IMG/VR virus record: IMGVR_UViG_3300027142_000285 | Span: 1 to 35,001 of that record | Direction: 5' to 3' (one strand) | DNA length: 35,001 nucleotides | DNA from: a virus | Lineage: Duplodnaviria > Caudoviricetes | Shown here: piece after piece, positions 1 through 8,041 of the stretch | Position numbering within the stretch: the stretch's first letter is position 1 | How the letters are laid out: each line of letters begins with the position of its first letter | The notes under the pieces: generated by a model | What the model was told of the DNA's origin: nothing | The model's input: only the letters and a program-made list of their open reading frames with translations | The model's database searches: none | Program-made: the position numbers and the translations under genes

Positions 1-600
1 TTAGACATTATTAATTAATCCAAAAAGTCTTTCAGCAAATACATCATGCGATTTTAAATCAGGATGCCCGCACGGTAGTTCATTGTAATAAAAATCATTT
101 GTTTTAGTATTAAAAGCTATATCAAACTTAACATTATTCCAATTTTTTGTATTATTACAAATATCATCGCTGAAAACATGAATACTATTGATTACTTTTT
201 TAACTTTACCATTTAAATAGTAATTTGCTAGATTAACATGCATTAGTGTATCAAGTATGTCGTCTTCGTGTCTATGATACTTTGCAAAAAACTTTTGCCA
301 AGTTTTGTCATTGTTCCAACTTGCAAGTTGTTCCCAATGAATTCCGTTCCATATACTACGACGCATCGGATTAGACCAATTTATAACTATCAAGTCAGTG
401 TCATATACAGGTGTTTCAAGTATACTTACTGCTATCTCTTTTTGTGATCTTCCGGTATCTGCTTTATTAACAACAGGTATATTTAATTTTTTTCCTAATA
501 CATTTGCAAATCCTAACTTACTAGGACCGGTATCAAGAGTACAATCTGGCAATCCTAGTCCATATGCATGACTACACCCAAAGACTACTAGTCTACTCAT
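1..600 (-). CDS. SGNH/GDSL-hydrolase-fold protein (putative O-acyl esterase/transferase)
   Basis: Block I-like LVVFGCSHAYG, block II-like NKADTGRS, block III-like VINWS, C-terminal GHP...H. Complete ORF with TAA at 1-3; overlaps the upstream gene by 8 nt. Confidence 0.65.
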   Translation of the reverse strand: MSRLVVFGCSHAYGLGLPDCTLDTGPSKLGFANVLGKKLNIPVVNKADTGRSQKEIAVSILETPVYDTDLIVINWSNPMRRSIWNGIHWEQLASWNNDKTWQKFFAKYHRHEDDILDTLMHVNLANYYLNGKVKKVINSIHVFSDDICNNTKNWNNVKFDIAFNTKTNDFYYNELPCGHPDLKSHDVFAERLFGLINNV

Positions 601-1876
601 ATCGACGTAACCACCCTAACTCCGGAAATACTGAATAAAAATCTTCATTCCTGTGTTTATCCAAGATAGCATTTTTTTCGTTAAATGCTTTTAGCATATC
701 GGCGTTTTCATATCCTGTGTTCATAAACTGAATTACAGTATCAATTTTTCCAATTACATCTTGCACAATTCTGGGCTTATAAGGTATTCTATCTTTTATT
801 TTTTCAAACGCCCACTTTTTATAATGTATATACTTTGCTCTTAACTCAATTTTAAATTCATCGGGTATGTTGTCGATGCGCATAAAATCAGGACCTGTTA
901 ACATATTCAATCTGCAATTCTCTATGTCAACATAACCTTTTTCTACCCAATCCATGTGAAAGTCAGGCCAATTCCACACATTGTACAAACTAATAGTAGG
1001 AGTTAATTCAAAGTACACGTTTGGAAGTTTTTCCAACAACTCCTGTCTGTTACTTTCAATTACGTTCCATTCGGTTCCGTGTCTACTATACTCGGCACGA
1101 GATCCATTACAATCTAAGCTAGCACTTATTTGTATATCCGGAAACTGTTTCCAGTACTCTACTACACTGTTCTTTTTATACTTAAAATTACTAAAATTAG
1201 TTGTGTATCGCAGACGTACATCAGTCTTTCCAAGTTCAATAAAACGGTCAAGTATTTTGTAATGCTCTTCTGTAATTAACGCCTCGCCTCCAGCAAAGTA
1301 TACCTCTTCAACTCCGGGCAAGTATTTTTGCAAATCTTCCCAGAAGTTGTTTTCATGTGCAACGTTAACTACTATTTTTCCGTCGTTTTTTAAGAATTTT
1401 ATTAATTCTTCTTCGCCGTACATGTCTTTGTGTTCTTTAGCATGTTGACTGCTTAAATCCGGGCCGCATGTTCTGCACTTCATATTACAAATGTTAGAAA
1501 ATCGTATATCTAAGTATGCCATGCGCATCTTAGGAATACTACCATCTGCTTCAGTCTTTTCTACTAAATCAAAATGCTTGTCGCCAAACCACTCGTTGTG
1601 GTTTTTGCGCAATGTCCAAATGTTAGTGCTTCCTTCTAGTTCGTAACAACGCTTGCATACATCTAGCTTTTTGCCCCGAAGCATTGATTTACGAAGTTCT
1701 TTATACTTTTCGCTATTCCATACTTCTTCGATTGTATTATCTTTTAAATTTCCAAATGGTTGTCTGCTGTCCGCAATACAACACGGCATAGCATTACCGT
1801 TTGGCCAAACATGCATGTGTATCCAAGGCAGGATGCAAAACGCTTCGTTTTCTTTTAACAAAATTTCTTTATTCAT
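593..1876 (-). CDS. Radical SAM protein with N-terminal Twitch/SPASM-type auxiliary Fe-S domain
   Basis: CNMKCRTC (CxxxCxxC) and YFAGGE motif. N-terminal FCILPW...PCC...CKRC. Confidence 0.92.
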   Translation of the reverse strand: MNKEILLKENEAFCILPWIHMHVWPNGNAMPCCIADSRQPFGNLKDNTIEEVWNSEKYKELRKSMLRGKKLDVCKRCYELEGSTNIWTLRKNHNEWFGDKHFDLVEKTEADGSIPKMRMAYLDIRFSNICNMKCRTCGPDLSSQHAKEHKDMYGEEELIKFLKNDGKIVVNVAHENNFWEDLQKYLPGVEEVYFAGGEALITEEHYKILDRFIELGKTDVRLRYTTNFSNFKYKKNSVVEYWKQFPDIQISASLDCNGSRAEYSRHGTEWNVIESNRQELLEKLPNVYFELTPTISLYNVWNWPDFHMDWVEKGYVDIENCRLNMLTGPDFMRIDNIPDEFKIELRAKYIHYKKWAFEKIKDRIPYKPRIVQDVIGKIDTVIQFMNTGYENADMLKAFNEKNAILDKHRNEDFYSVFPELGWLRRYE

Positions 1877-3101
1877 CTAACATAGCCTTTAATTCAGGAA
1901 ATACGTTTTCAAAATTTTCGTTACGTATTTTATCTAGTTTTTTTACTTGCTGTTGAAATCCTACTTTATGAATTTCCCACTCACTGCTTTCGTTAGTAAA
2001 ACTAATTGCATCTCTTACATGTTGATGTTGATACCATTCGTTTAATATCATAAAGTCGTGTATTTTTTCTAGTTTTTGCGATCCGACTGCTTTTAGGCTT
2101 TCCGGCAATACTTTAGCACAGTAATACAAAGGAGTAAGAGCTCTGTAAATGCTAATCATGTCCTTTTGTCTTAGTAAGTCTTTTTCTATCATGTATTTAA
2201 AAAACGTATCTAATGTTACAAAATTAAATACACTCAGTACTGTATTAAACTGATAGTCAATATAATCAAGATTTCTAATACTGTGCAAATTCTGTTCTAC
2301 TACTGCCCAATCAGTTCCATGACGTAAGAATTCTGCTCGTTCACCATAGTGGTCAAGACTTGCACTGATTTCAACACGATGGAATCTGCTCCACAGGTCA
2401 AGTATATCATATTTTTTGTATTTAAAATTACTCATGTTTGTATTGTAGCGAAGGGTAATACGCTTGTTTACACCTGTACGAATCATTTCTTCTAACAGTT
2501 GATAATGTTCGTCTGTTATAAGAGGTTCGCCACCAGCAAAGTATGCAAGATCCATGTTCGGTACTTGATCTTTGATTTCTTGTAACAAGTTACCACTTTC
2601 GTCTGCATGTTGAATGATTTTAAAACTTTCAGGAACCCACTTGTTTTGTTTCATTTCTTGAGCCCACTGACTGCTGAATTCCGATCCACACGTTCTACAT
2701 TTAAAATTACAAATATTTGAAAAACGTATATCAAAATATTTCATTTTAAATTCAGGAACGTGTCCAGTTTCGTCAGTTGTTGTAACTATATCGTCAAAGT
2801 CTTTTCCAAAGTGTTCTAGACTGTACTTTCTAAAACTAAACGGAGAACTTTCTTCATGTTTATAGCAATAATCACATATGCTACTTTTTTTGTCGTTTAG
2901 CATATTTAAACGAAGCTCTTTCATTTTATCGTTATTGAAGGCTTCTTTAAGGCTTTTGTCTTTTACGTTATCAAACGGAGCAGTGTAATCAGATGAACAG
3001 CATGGATACACGTTTCCTAATGGAGTAGCATTAAGATGCACCCATGGAAACATACAAAACGTTTTACTTTTATTTAACAAGTGATCTTTATCTAAGTTCA
3101 T
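1869..3101 (-). CDS. Radical SAM protein with N-terminal Twitch/SPASM-type domain (close paralogue of 593..1876)
   Basis: CNFKCRTC and FAGGEP. N-terminal FCMFPW...PCC...CDYC. Start moved to the ATG at 3101 (MNLDKDHLL), which matches the paralogue's N-terminus. Confidence 0.92.
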   Translation of the reverse strand: MNLDKDHLLNKSKTFCMFPWVHLNATPLGNVYPCCSSDYTAPFDNVKDKSLKEAFNNDKMKELRLNMLNDKKSSICDYCYKHEESSPFSFRKYSLEHFGKDFDDIVTTTDETGHVPEFKMKYFDIRFSNICNFKCRTCGSEFSSQWAQEMKQNKWVPESFKIIQHADESGNLLQEIKDQVPNMDLAYFAGGEPLITDEHYQLLEEMIRTGVNKRITLRYNTNMSNFKYKKYDILDLWSRFHRVEISASLDHYGERAEFLRHGTDWAVVEQNLHSIRNLDYIDYQFNTVLSVFNFVTLDTFFKYMIEKDLLRQKDMISIYRALTPLYYCAKVLPESLKAVGSQKLEKIHDFMILNEWYQHQHVRDAISFTNESSEWEIHKVGFQQQVKKLDKIRNENFENVFPELKAMLDE

Positions 3102-4473
3102 TAGCTGCCTTGCACAAATCAAAGAAATCTTTCATTTCAGGAAAAGTCTGAACAAAGCTATTGCCGCGGCGGCGGTCTTGTTCGTTAAAGAAATTCCAAA
3201 AGTCAATCCTGCCATCTAGTGTACGAGAATCGTTGTATGTTGTTGTCTTCATGTAATCAACTACACGTCTAAACTTTTCATACTCCATGCTGCTAAAAGC
3301 ATGTTTACTTGTGTCGTCTACATTGTCTTTTATAAATTGCAAATGGCTTTCCATATAAGGAACATACGTGTCTTTAGGAAGTATGTTCATATCGTATTGC
3401 AGAGGTTCTTTCAAGTAAGGAGTATCAAAGTGAATGCGTTGCCAACGGCCGCTATTAATGTCATTATACTTTTTACGCCATTCTAAGATCTTTTCAAGCA
3501 AAAGATTAAATGTTGTTACACTAAAAATGTTAAATGTAATCATAAATGTTACAGGAGCATCGGTACGAGTTAAGAAGTAATCTAGATTTTGTTCAAATAC
3601 ATCAATGTCAAGACCGTCACGAATGTATTCAGCACGAGGACCCCATGTATCAACACTTGTAAACAACTTGAATTGCTTAATTTTATTTTGTGTTAAAAGA
3701 CTGTTAATAGCGTCAGTAAATCTTTCAACTTGACGTTCTTTGCCGCCAAGGTTGCTGTTAACATTTAGTTCAAGATGTGGCTTAGGGGATTCTTCCAGTA
3801 GTTCAAAAAGTTTATAGGTGCTTTTTTGCATAGTTGGTTCGCCGCCAGTAATACGCAAAATGTTCAGCGTCTTGCTAACTTCCGGCCACCATTTCCACCA
3901 TGCACGTAGGTATGGATTTGAATCTTCTTCATAAACTCTAAAATAGTCGATATCGCATCTATGATTTTTAACATTTGTATATGGGCCGTGCTGCCGAATT
4001 TCATTATAATAACGACTGCTTGCTTTAGGATGGCAATAACCACATTTAAAATTGCATTCATTTCCGAATGAAATTTCAATATATTCAGGATTTACATTGT
4101 AATCCCATGGATTAAATTTTACTTCATTTAATCTATTATCGGTATAAATGCTTCCGCTGCGAATGTGACGATCGCTAATGTAGTCCTTACCCATATTTTC
4201 AATATTCCAGCAATATTGACAACCTTTGGGCTTTTTGCCTTCGAGCATTTCTAAGCGTTCTTGCTTTTTTTCATCTGTGTTGTGTAATGCAGACGGATTA
4301 GTTAATAACTGGTCAACATCGATTTTATGAGGTGCAGGATGATAACAACTATGTGTTTCACCTGTTTGTAAATAGATATTGGTATGATACCATTTTGCAA
4401 AACAAAACGTAGGACTAAAATGTCTATTTGTAATACTGTTTACTGTTTCCAGCGTTTCTTTATTTGCATTCAT
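3088..4473 (-). CDS. Radical SAM protein with N-terminal Twitch-type domain (divergent subfamily)
   Basis: CNFKCGYC and ITGGEP. N-terminal FCFAKW...HSCYHP...GCQYCW. TAATG coupling at 4473. Confidence 0.9.
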   Translation of the reverse strand: MNANKETLETVNSITNRHFSPTFCFAKWYHTNIYLQTGETHSCYHPAPHKIDVDQLLTNPSALHNTDEKKQERLEMLEGKKPKGCQYCWNIENMGKDYISDRHIRSGSIYTDNRLNEVKFNPWDYNVNPEYIEISFGNECNFKCGYCHPKASSRYYNEIRQHGPYTNVKNHRCDIDYFRVYEEDSNPYLRAWWKWWPEVSKTLNILRITGGEPTMQKSTYKLFELLEESPKPHLELNVNSNLGGKERQVERFTDAINSLLTQNKIKQFKLFTSVDTWGPRAEYIRDGLDIDVFEQNLDYFLTRTDAPVTFMITFNIFSVTTFNLLLEKILEWRKKYNDINSGRWQRIHFDTPYLKEPLQYDMNILPKDTYVPYMESHLQFIKDNVDDTSKHAFSSMEYEKFRRVVDYMKTTTYNDSRTLDGRIDFWNFFNEQDRRRGNSFVQTFPEMKDFFDLCKAANELR

Positions 4474-5399
4474 TATTGTTCTCTATCTATAAACTGTTGA
4501 TTTGTAGTTCGTGCTGGATTTTGATAAACGGTTTTAAAGAAATGACTGCCGCCGGCATCAAGTGGAGTCGGACTAATAGGCAAATCAAGTGCTTCTTTTA
4601 GCTTATCGCCATAGTCTTCGATTGCTTCCATTAAATTTTCTTCGTTGACTGTTACCTCAAGATTTTTCCACATGTTATTTAGATAGTCAAAATCTCTAAC
4701 ATTTACAAAATCCCAATCAGTCATCATTGTCATATACAATCCTTGACGGGCACCGTAAATAGCCCACAACCCATTTTCAACATCTGCACCTACCATGAGC
4801 CAAATATACAGACGATGCAAGTTTTTCCAATGATTCTTATGAAAATCATCAACACTTACTCGTAAACCTCTATCTAATGCCATTTTAACGCCTTCGCGAA
4901 AACCGGCACGCCACGCTTGTTGAGGTGTAGCATTATTATAAATGGTACTATAGCAACTATTCATTTGAATGTATTCAATGTCCCAGCAAAAATCGACTTG
5001 AGCGTGAGGATTGCTAGGATCGGCATTTTCATGTGTACGCATATTCAATACATATTGTTTAGGCCAACATTTAATGCCACCGTTGCCATACATAAGACCG
5101 TTGATGTGATTTTTAGCTGTCCAACTAATAACACACTTTTCTAGATCTTTGTCTTGGTCAAAGTCAAATTCTTTTGTTAAAAATTCTGCGTTAATAATGT
5201 TGTCGCCATCGATAGTAATAAATCTGTCAGTGTCAGAAATGTTTGCACATGCTTTGTGTGCAGCATCCGATCCTTTAACGCCATGGATGCGTTTTGCCCA
5301 AGGAATTTTTTTACACAAATCTGCATAATTTTTTTCAGCATTAGGCTCGTCGTAGCTTAGATAGATAATATCAAAGTCTAAAACTCTAAATTTGCTCAT
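4473..5399 (-). CDS. GT-A fold glycosyltransferase-like protein
   Basis: N-terminal strand DIIYLSYDE, helix AAHKACA, then FITIDGDN (DxD motif after a hydrophobic strand). GAGG RBS and ATGA overlap. Confidence 0.65.
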   Translation of the reverse strand: MSKFRVLDFDIIYLSYDEPNAEKNYADLCKKIPWAKRIHGVKGSDAAHKACANISDTDRFITIDGDNIINAEFLTKEFDFDQDKDLEKCVISWTAKNHINGLMYGNGGIKCWPKQYVLNMRTHENADPSNPHAQVDFCWDIEYIQMNSCYSTIYNNATPQQAWRAGFREGVKMALDRGLRVSVDDFHKNHWKNLHRLYIWLMVGADVENGLWAIYGARQGLYMTMMTDWDFVNVRDFDYLNNMWKNLEVTVNEENLMEAIEDYGDKLKEALDLPISPTPLDAGGSHFFKTVYQNPARTTNQQFIDREQ

Positions 5400-5977
5400 T
5401 TAATAACCTCGTGATAATAAGACTGTAACCTTTTTACAGTATACACACTTATATTGTCATCGTCAAGTTCATTCTCTGATTCAAATGATATACTAAATGT
5501 GCGGTCATCGACCAACGTTGCGATATTTACAGTTAATGTCCTGTACAACTCGTGCGGATCGTTTTTTCGTGTTATGTGAAAATATAAAATCTTGTCTAAA
5601 GATAAGTTTTGCGATAACAAGTTTTCTTTTAATGTCGGATCAATAAGAAAATTCCATGTTTTATGTTTAATGTCTTGTATAATACTGATATCCGGACTTG
5701 TGCTTTTGTATTTTGATATTTGATGTATTTGATCGTTTACATTAAATATAATTTCTTCGTTTGAGAATTTTTCTTTTAATACATATGTCTTTTTTGAAAT
5801 GTCATACACGACAATGTACGATGTAATGTTTTCTTTACCGTTAATTAAATTGATCACATCATTGAACTCAACTTCAACAAACTGCCCAGCCGAAGCGTTT
5901 GATCCACTAATAGACAATATGTTTCCGTTGTTATCAAAATAAACATATTTTTTTGTTGGTATAATTATTGAGTGCAT
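5396..5977 (-). CDS. Hypothetical protein, 193 aa
   Basis: Fills the gap between GT genes and overlaps both neighbours. No motif recognised. Confidence 0.75.
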   Translation of the reverse strand: MHSIIIPTKKYVYFDNNGNILSISGSNASAGQFVEVEFNDVINLINGKENITSYIVVYDISKKTYVLKEKFSNEEIIFNVNDQIHQISKYKSTSPDISIIQDIKHKTWNFLIDPTLKENLLSQNLSLDKILYFHITRKNDPHELYRTLTVNIATLVDDRTFSISFESENELDDDNISVYTVKRLQSYYHEVIK

Positions 5978-6807
5978 TTTAAATATTCTTCATATGTGTT
6001 AATGATTTCATCTGTTACAAAATCTTTTTCTGTATAGTGAAATATTCCAGATTGCTTGTAATTTCCTATTTTTAGCTGTAACTCAGAATTTAAATATACT
6101 CCAACTTTATCTTGCCAACGTTCTGTAACAATTTCTTTCCATCCTTGCACATGTGTTTTCATGTGTACAAAATTAGGATAAGAAGTTTTAGTTGTTATAT
6201 TTCCTGTACAGCCTAAAATCTTTGCTGCAATTGCTGCACTAACGTCTACACTTGGAAATTTTTGAAAATATTTTCCGCCAGCGTATTGTCCATAAAACAA
6301 TTCCCAGTTGTTCATTACCAGTTCAAGCAATTTGTAAAACTCATGTGCTTCGTCGGACTTTTCAAAATAGTGAAATCCTGCATATAAGTTAGGTAAGCTA
6401 TGATTTTTAAACGCTTTTCTATAGTACACACTCGTAACCGGATTACCTCTATAATCCAAAACGTTTGTTGTAAAAAATATCTTTTTAGTTTCTAGATGTT
6501 TCCACCATGTTGATATGTTATCTAGTACAAGCATGTCAGTATCTAAAACAATTGTTTTAGTATACGGAGTTGCATGGTATATTTTCCATCGATTTTCAAC
6601 CTTCCACTCGCTGTCACTTGCTTGATCGTTCCACGGAATGTCAACAATGTCGTCAAACACACTAGAAGTTTTGCTATCTAATGTTTCATTTGTAATTAAA
6701 CAAATTTTGCTGTTAGGATTGGTTGCTCTAATACTTAATGCACACAAATATGCTTGCTTTACATAGTCATGATTACTGTTTTGAGCTAGCATTGTAAAGT
6801 TAAGCAT
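5965..6807 (-). CDS. GT-A glycosyltransferase (GT8/GT71-like), paralogue B
   Basis: Y-x-x-QA-YLCALSIR helix, TPYTKTIVLDTDMLV (DxD), C-terminal FHYTEK. ATG at 6807 overlaps the upstream stop (ATGCTTAA). Confidence 0.8.
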   Translation of the reverse strand: MLNFTMLAQNSNHDYVKQAYLCALSIRATNPNSKICLITNETLDSKTSSVFDDIVDIPWNDQASDSEWKVENRWKIYHATPYTKTIVLDTDMLVLDNISTWWKHLETKKIFFTTNVLDYRGNPVTSVYYRKAFKNHSLPNLYAGFHYFEKSDEAHEFYKLLELVMNNWELFYGQYAGGKYFQKFPSVDVSAAIAAKILGCTGNITTKTSYPNFVHMKTHVQGWKEIVTERWQDKVGVYLNSELQLKIGNYKQSGIFHYTEKDFVTDEIINTYEEYLKCTQ

Positions 6808-7636
6808 TATCAATAATCCTACTTAGACTATACTTATTCATGACATGTACACTGTTGTCGTAAATGACAGCAGGAAAATAACCATTGTTGGTTTGCTTTT
6901 CTAATAAAAATGTAAATTTTGTATTGTCTAACCCAACTAGTAAATCTCTATCTGTGGTATAAAACATCTTACCCGGCATAGGTTTTGCAAAATTTCCTTG
7001 TTTATATCCATTCATAATATGAATAGCAATGCTAAATGCAAAGTCGTTTCTAAACGTTGACTGTCTTATTTGATAAAGAGTCTTATAGTGATTCCAGTTT
7101 TCTTGTATGTGCTTGACTAAATTGAAAAATGTTTCATTTTCTTTTGTTTTTCTAAAAAACACAACAGTTGCCCAATAAAATTTTGGACCAACTTCGCTAA
7201 TATATTCAAATTCTTTTAAATCTCTGTGACCAGACAATTCAACTCCGGTATCATATATTAAGAAATTGTTTTTTTGGTTAAAACATTCTAACAAGTCAGC
7301 GTTTGATACAATGAAATCTGTATCTAATAGCAGTGTTTCATCATATGGACTTAGATTATACACATCTGCTCTAGCAGTATTCTTAAATTCTAAACTTTTC
7401 CTTGAAAAAATTCCGTCATTGTACTTTTTATAAGTAAAATTTCTGTCGTTACTTATATCTATTACAGAATCAAATACTTCTGCATTATAGTTCTCTTTTA
7501 AATAAGAACTGTTGTCAGTTATTATACTAACAGGTATATTTAAAAAATGTTTAATACGATTTGCAAGAAAAACTGCTTGTTTTACATAATCAACTTCTGT
7601 ATTATTTCTTGCTATAAGTATAGCACCCTTACTCAT
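6800..7636 (-). CDS. GT-A glycosyltransferase (GT8/GT71-like), paralogue A
   Basis: KGAILIA, YVKQAVFLA, SPYDETLLLDTDFIV (DxD), RNDFAFSIA, C-terminal VHVMNK. Start taken as the ATG at 7636 (MSKG). Confidence 0.8.
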   Translation of the reverse strand: MSKGAILIARNNTEVDYVKQAVFLANRIKHFLNIPVSIITDNSSYLKENYNAEVFDSVIDISNDRNFTYKKYNDGIFSRKSLEFKNTARADVYNLSPYDETLLLDTDFIVSNADLLECFNQKNNFLIYDTGVELSGHRDLKEFEYISEVGPKFYWATVVFFRKTKENETFFNLVKHIQENWNHYKTLYQIRQSTFRNDFAFSIAIHIMNGYKQGNFAKPMPGKMFYTTDRDLLVGLDNTKFTFLLEKQTNNGYFPAVIYDNSVHVMNKYSLSRIIDNA

Positions 7637-7982
7637 GTAGATTAATAATACCTTCAACTGTTTTGTTAATTTTTAATTTATTGTATTCTGTAAGATACTT
7701 ATTGGCTGCTTTCCAATAAACGCTAACTAATTCGTTTGCAAATTTTTCTAAATCAACGATCATTACCGGAATGTCATTGTCATCAATAAGTACAGTTTCT
7801 GTTTGATGTAATGCAAGTAAACTTTGACAAAAGCTAACTAAACTTTGAGTAACTGTAAATTGAGATCCATTGAAATAATACATCAAGTTGTTTTGATATT
7901 GTTCTTTTAGAATACGTTTTTGGTTATCTAACGTTATCATTAAATTACTAAAATCTAATGCTTCTTTTAATCTCTCATCCAT
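7629..7982 (-). CDS. Hypothetical protein, 117 aa, first gene of the modification operon
   Basis: AGGAG RBS (7990-7994) lies 7 nt before the ATG at 7982 (MDERLK). The longer track start lies inside the promoter. Confidence 0.8.
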   Translation of the reverse strand: MDERLKEALDFSNLMITLDNQKRILKEQYQNNLMYYFNGSQFTVTQSLVSFCQSLLALHQTETVLIDDNDIPVMIVDLEKFANELVSVYWKAANKYLTEYNKLKINKTVEGIINLHE

Positions 7983-7996
7983 AGTCATACTCCTGC

Positions 7997-8017
7997 TGTT
8001 ATATGTATTATATAACA
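7997..8017. repeat. 8-bp inverted repeat TGTTATAT-N5-ATATAACA, putative operator
   Basis: Perfect dyad at 7997-8004 / 8010-8017 overlapping the -10 box and the expected +1. Confidence 0.55.
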
Positions 8018-8035
8018 CCAAGGAATACGTGTCAA
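8007..8035 (-). promoter_or_regulatory. Consensus sigma70-type promoter TTGACA-N17-TATAAT
   Basis: Minus strand reads TTGACA (8035-8030), a 17-nt spacer, TATAAT (8012-8007), then an AGGAG RBS and ATG. Confidence 0.88.
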
Positions 8036-8041
8036 TGTGGA

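Noticed and set aside
593-4473. Radical SAM RiPP cluster or MoaA/QueE/NrdG assignment
   Set aside because: No short precursor peptide, RRE/PqqD domain, protease or transporter is in the window, and the domain order and neighbours do not fit those enzymes. Genes beyond the edge cannot be excluded.
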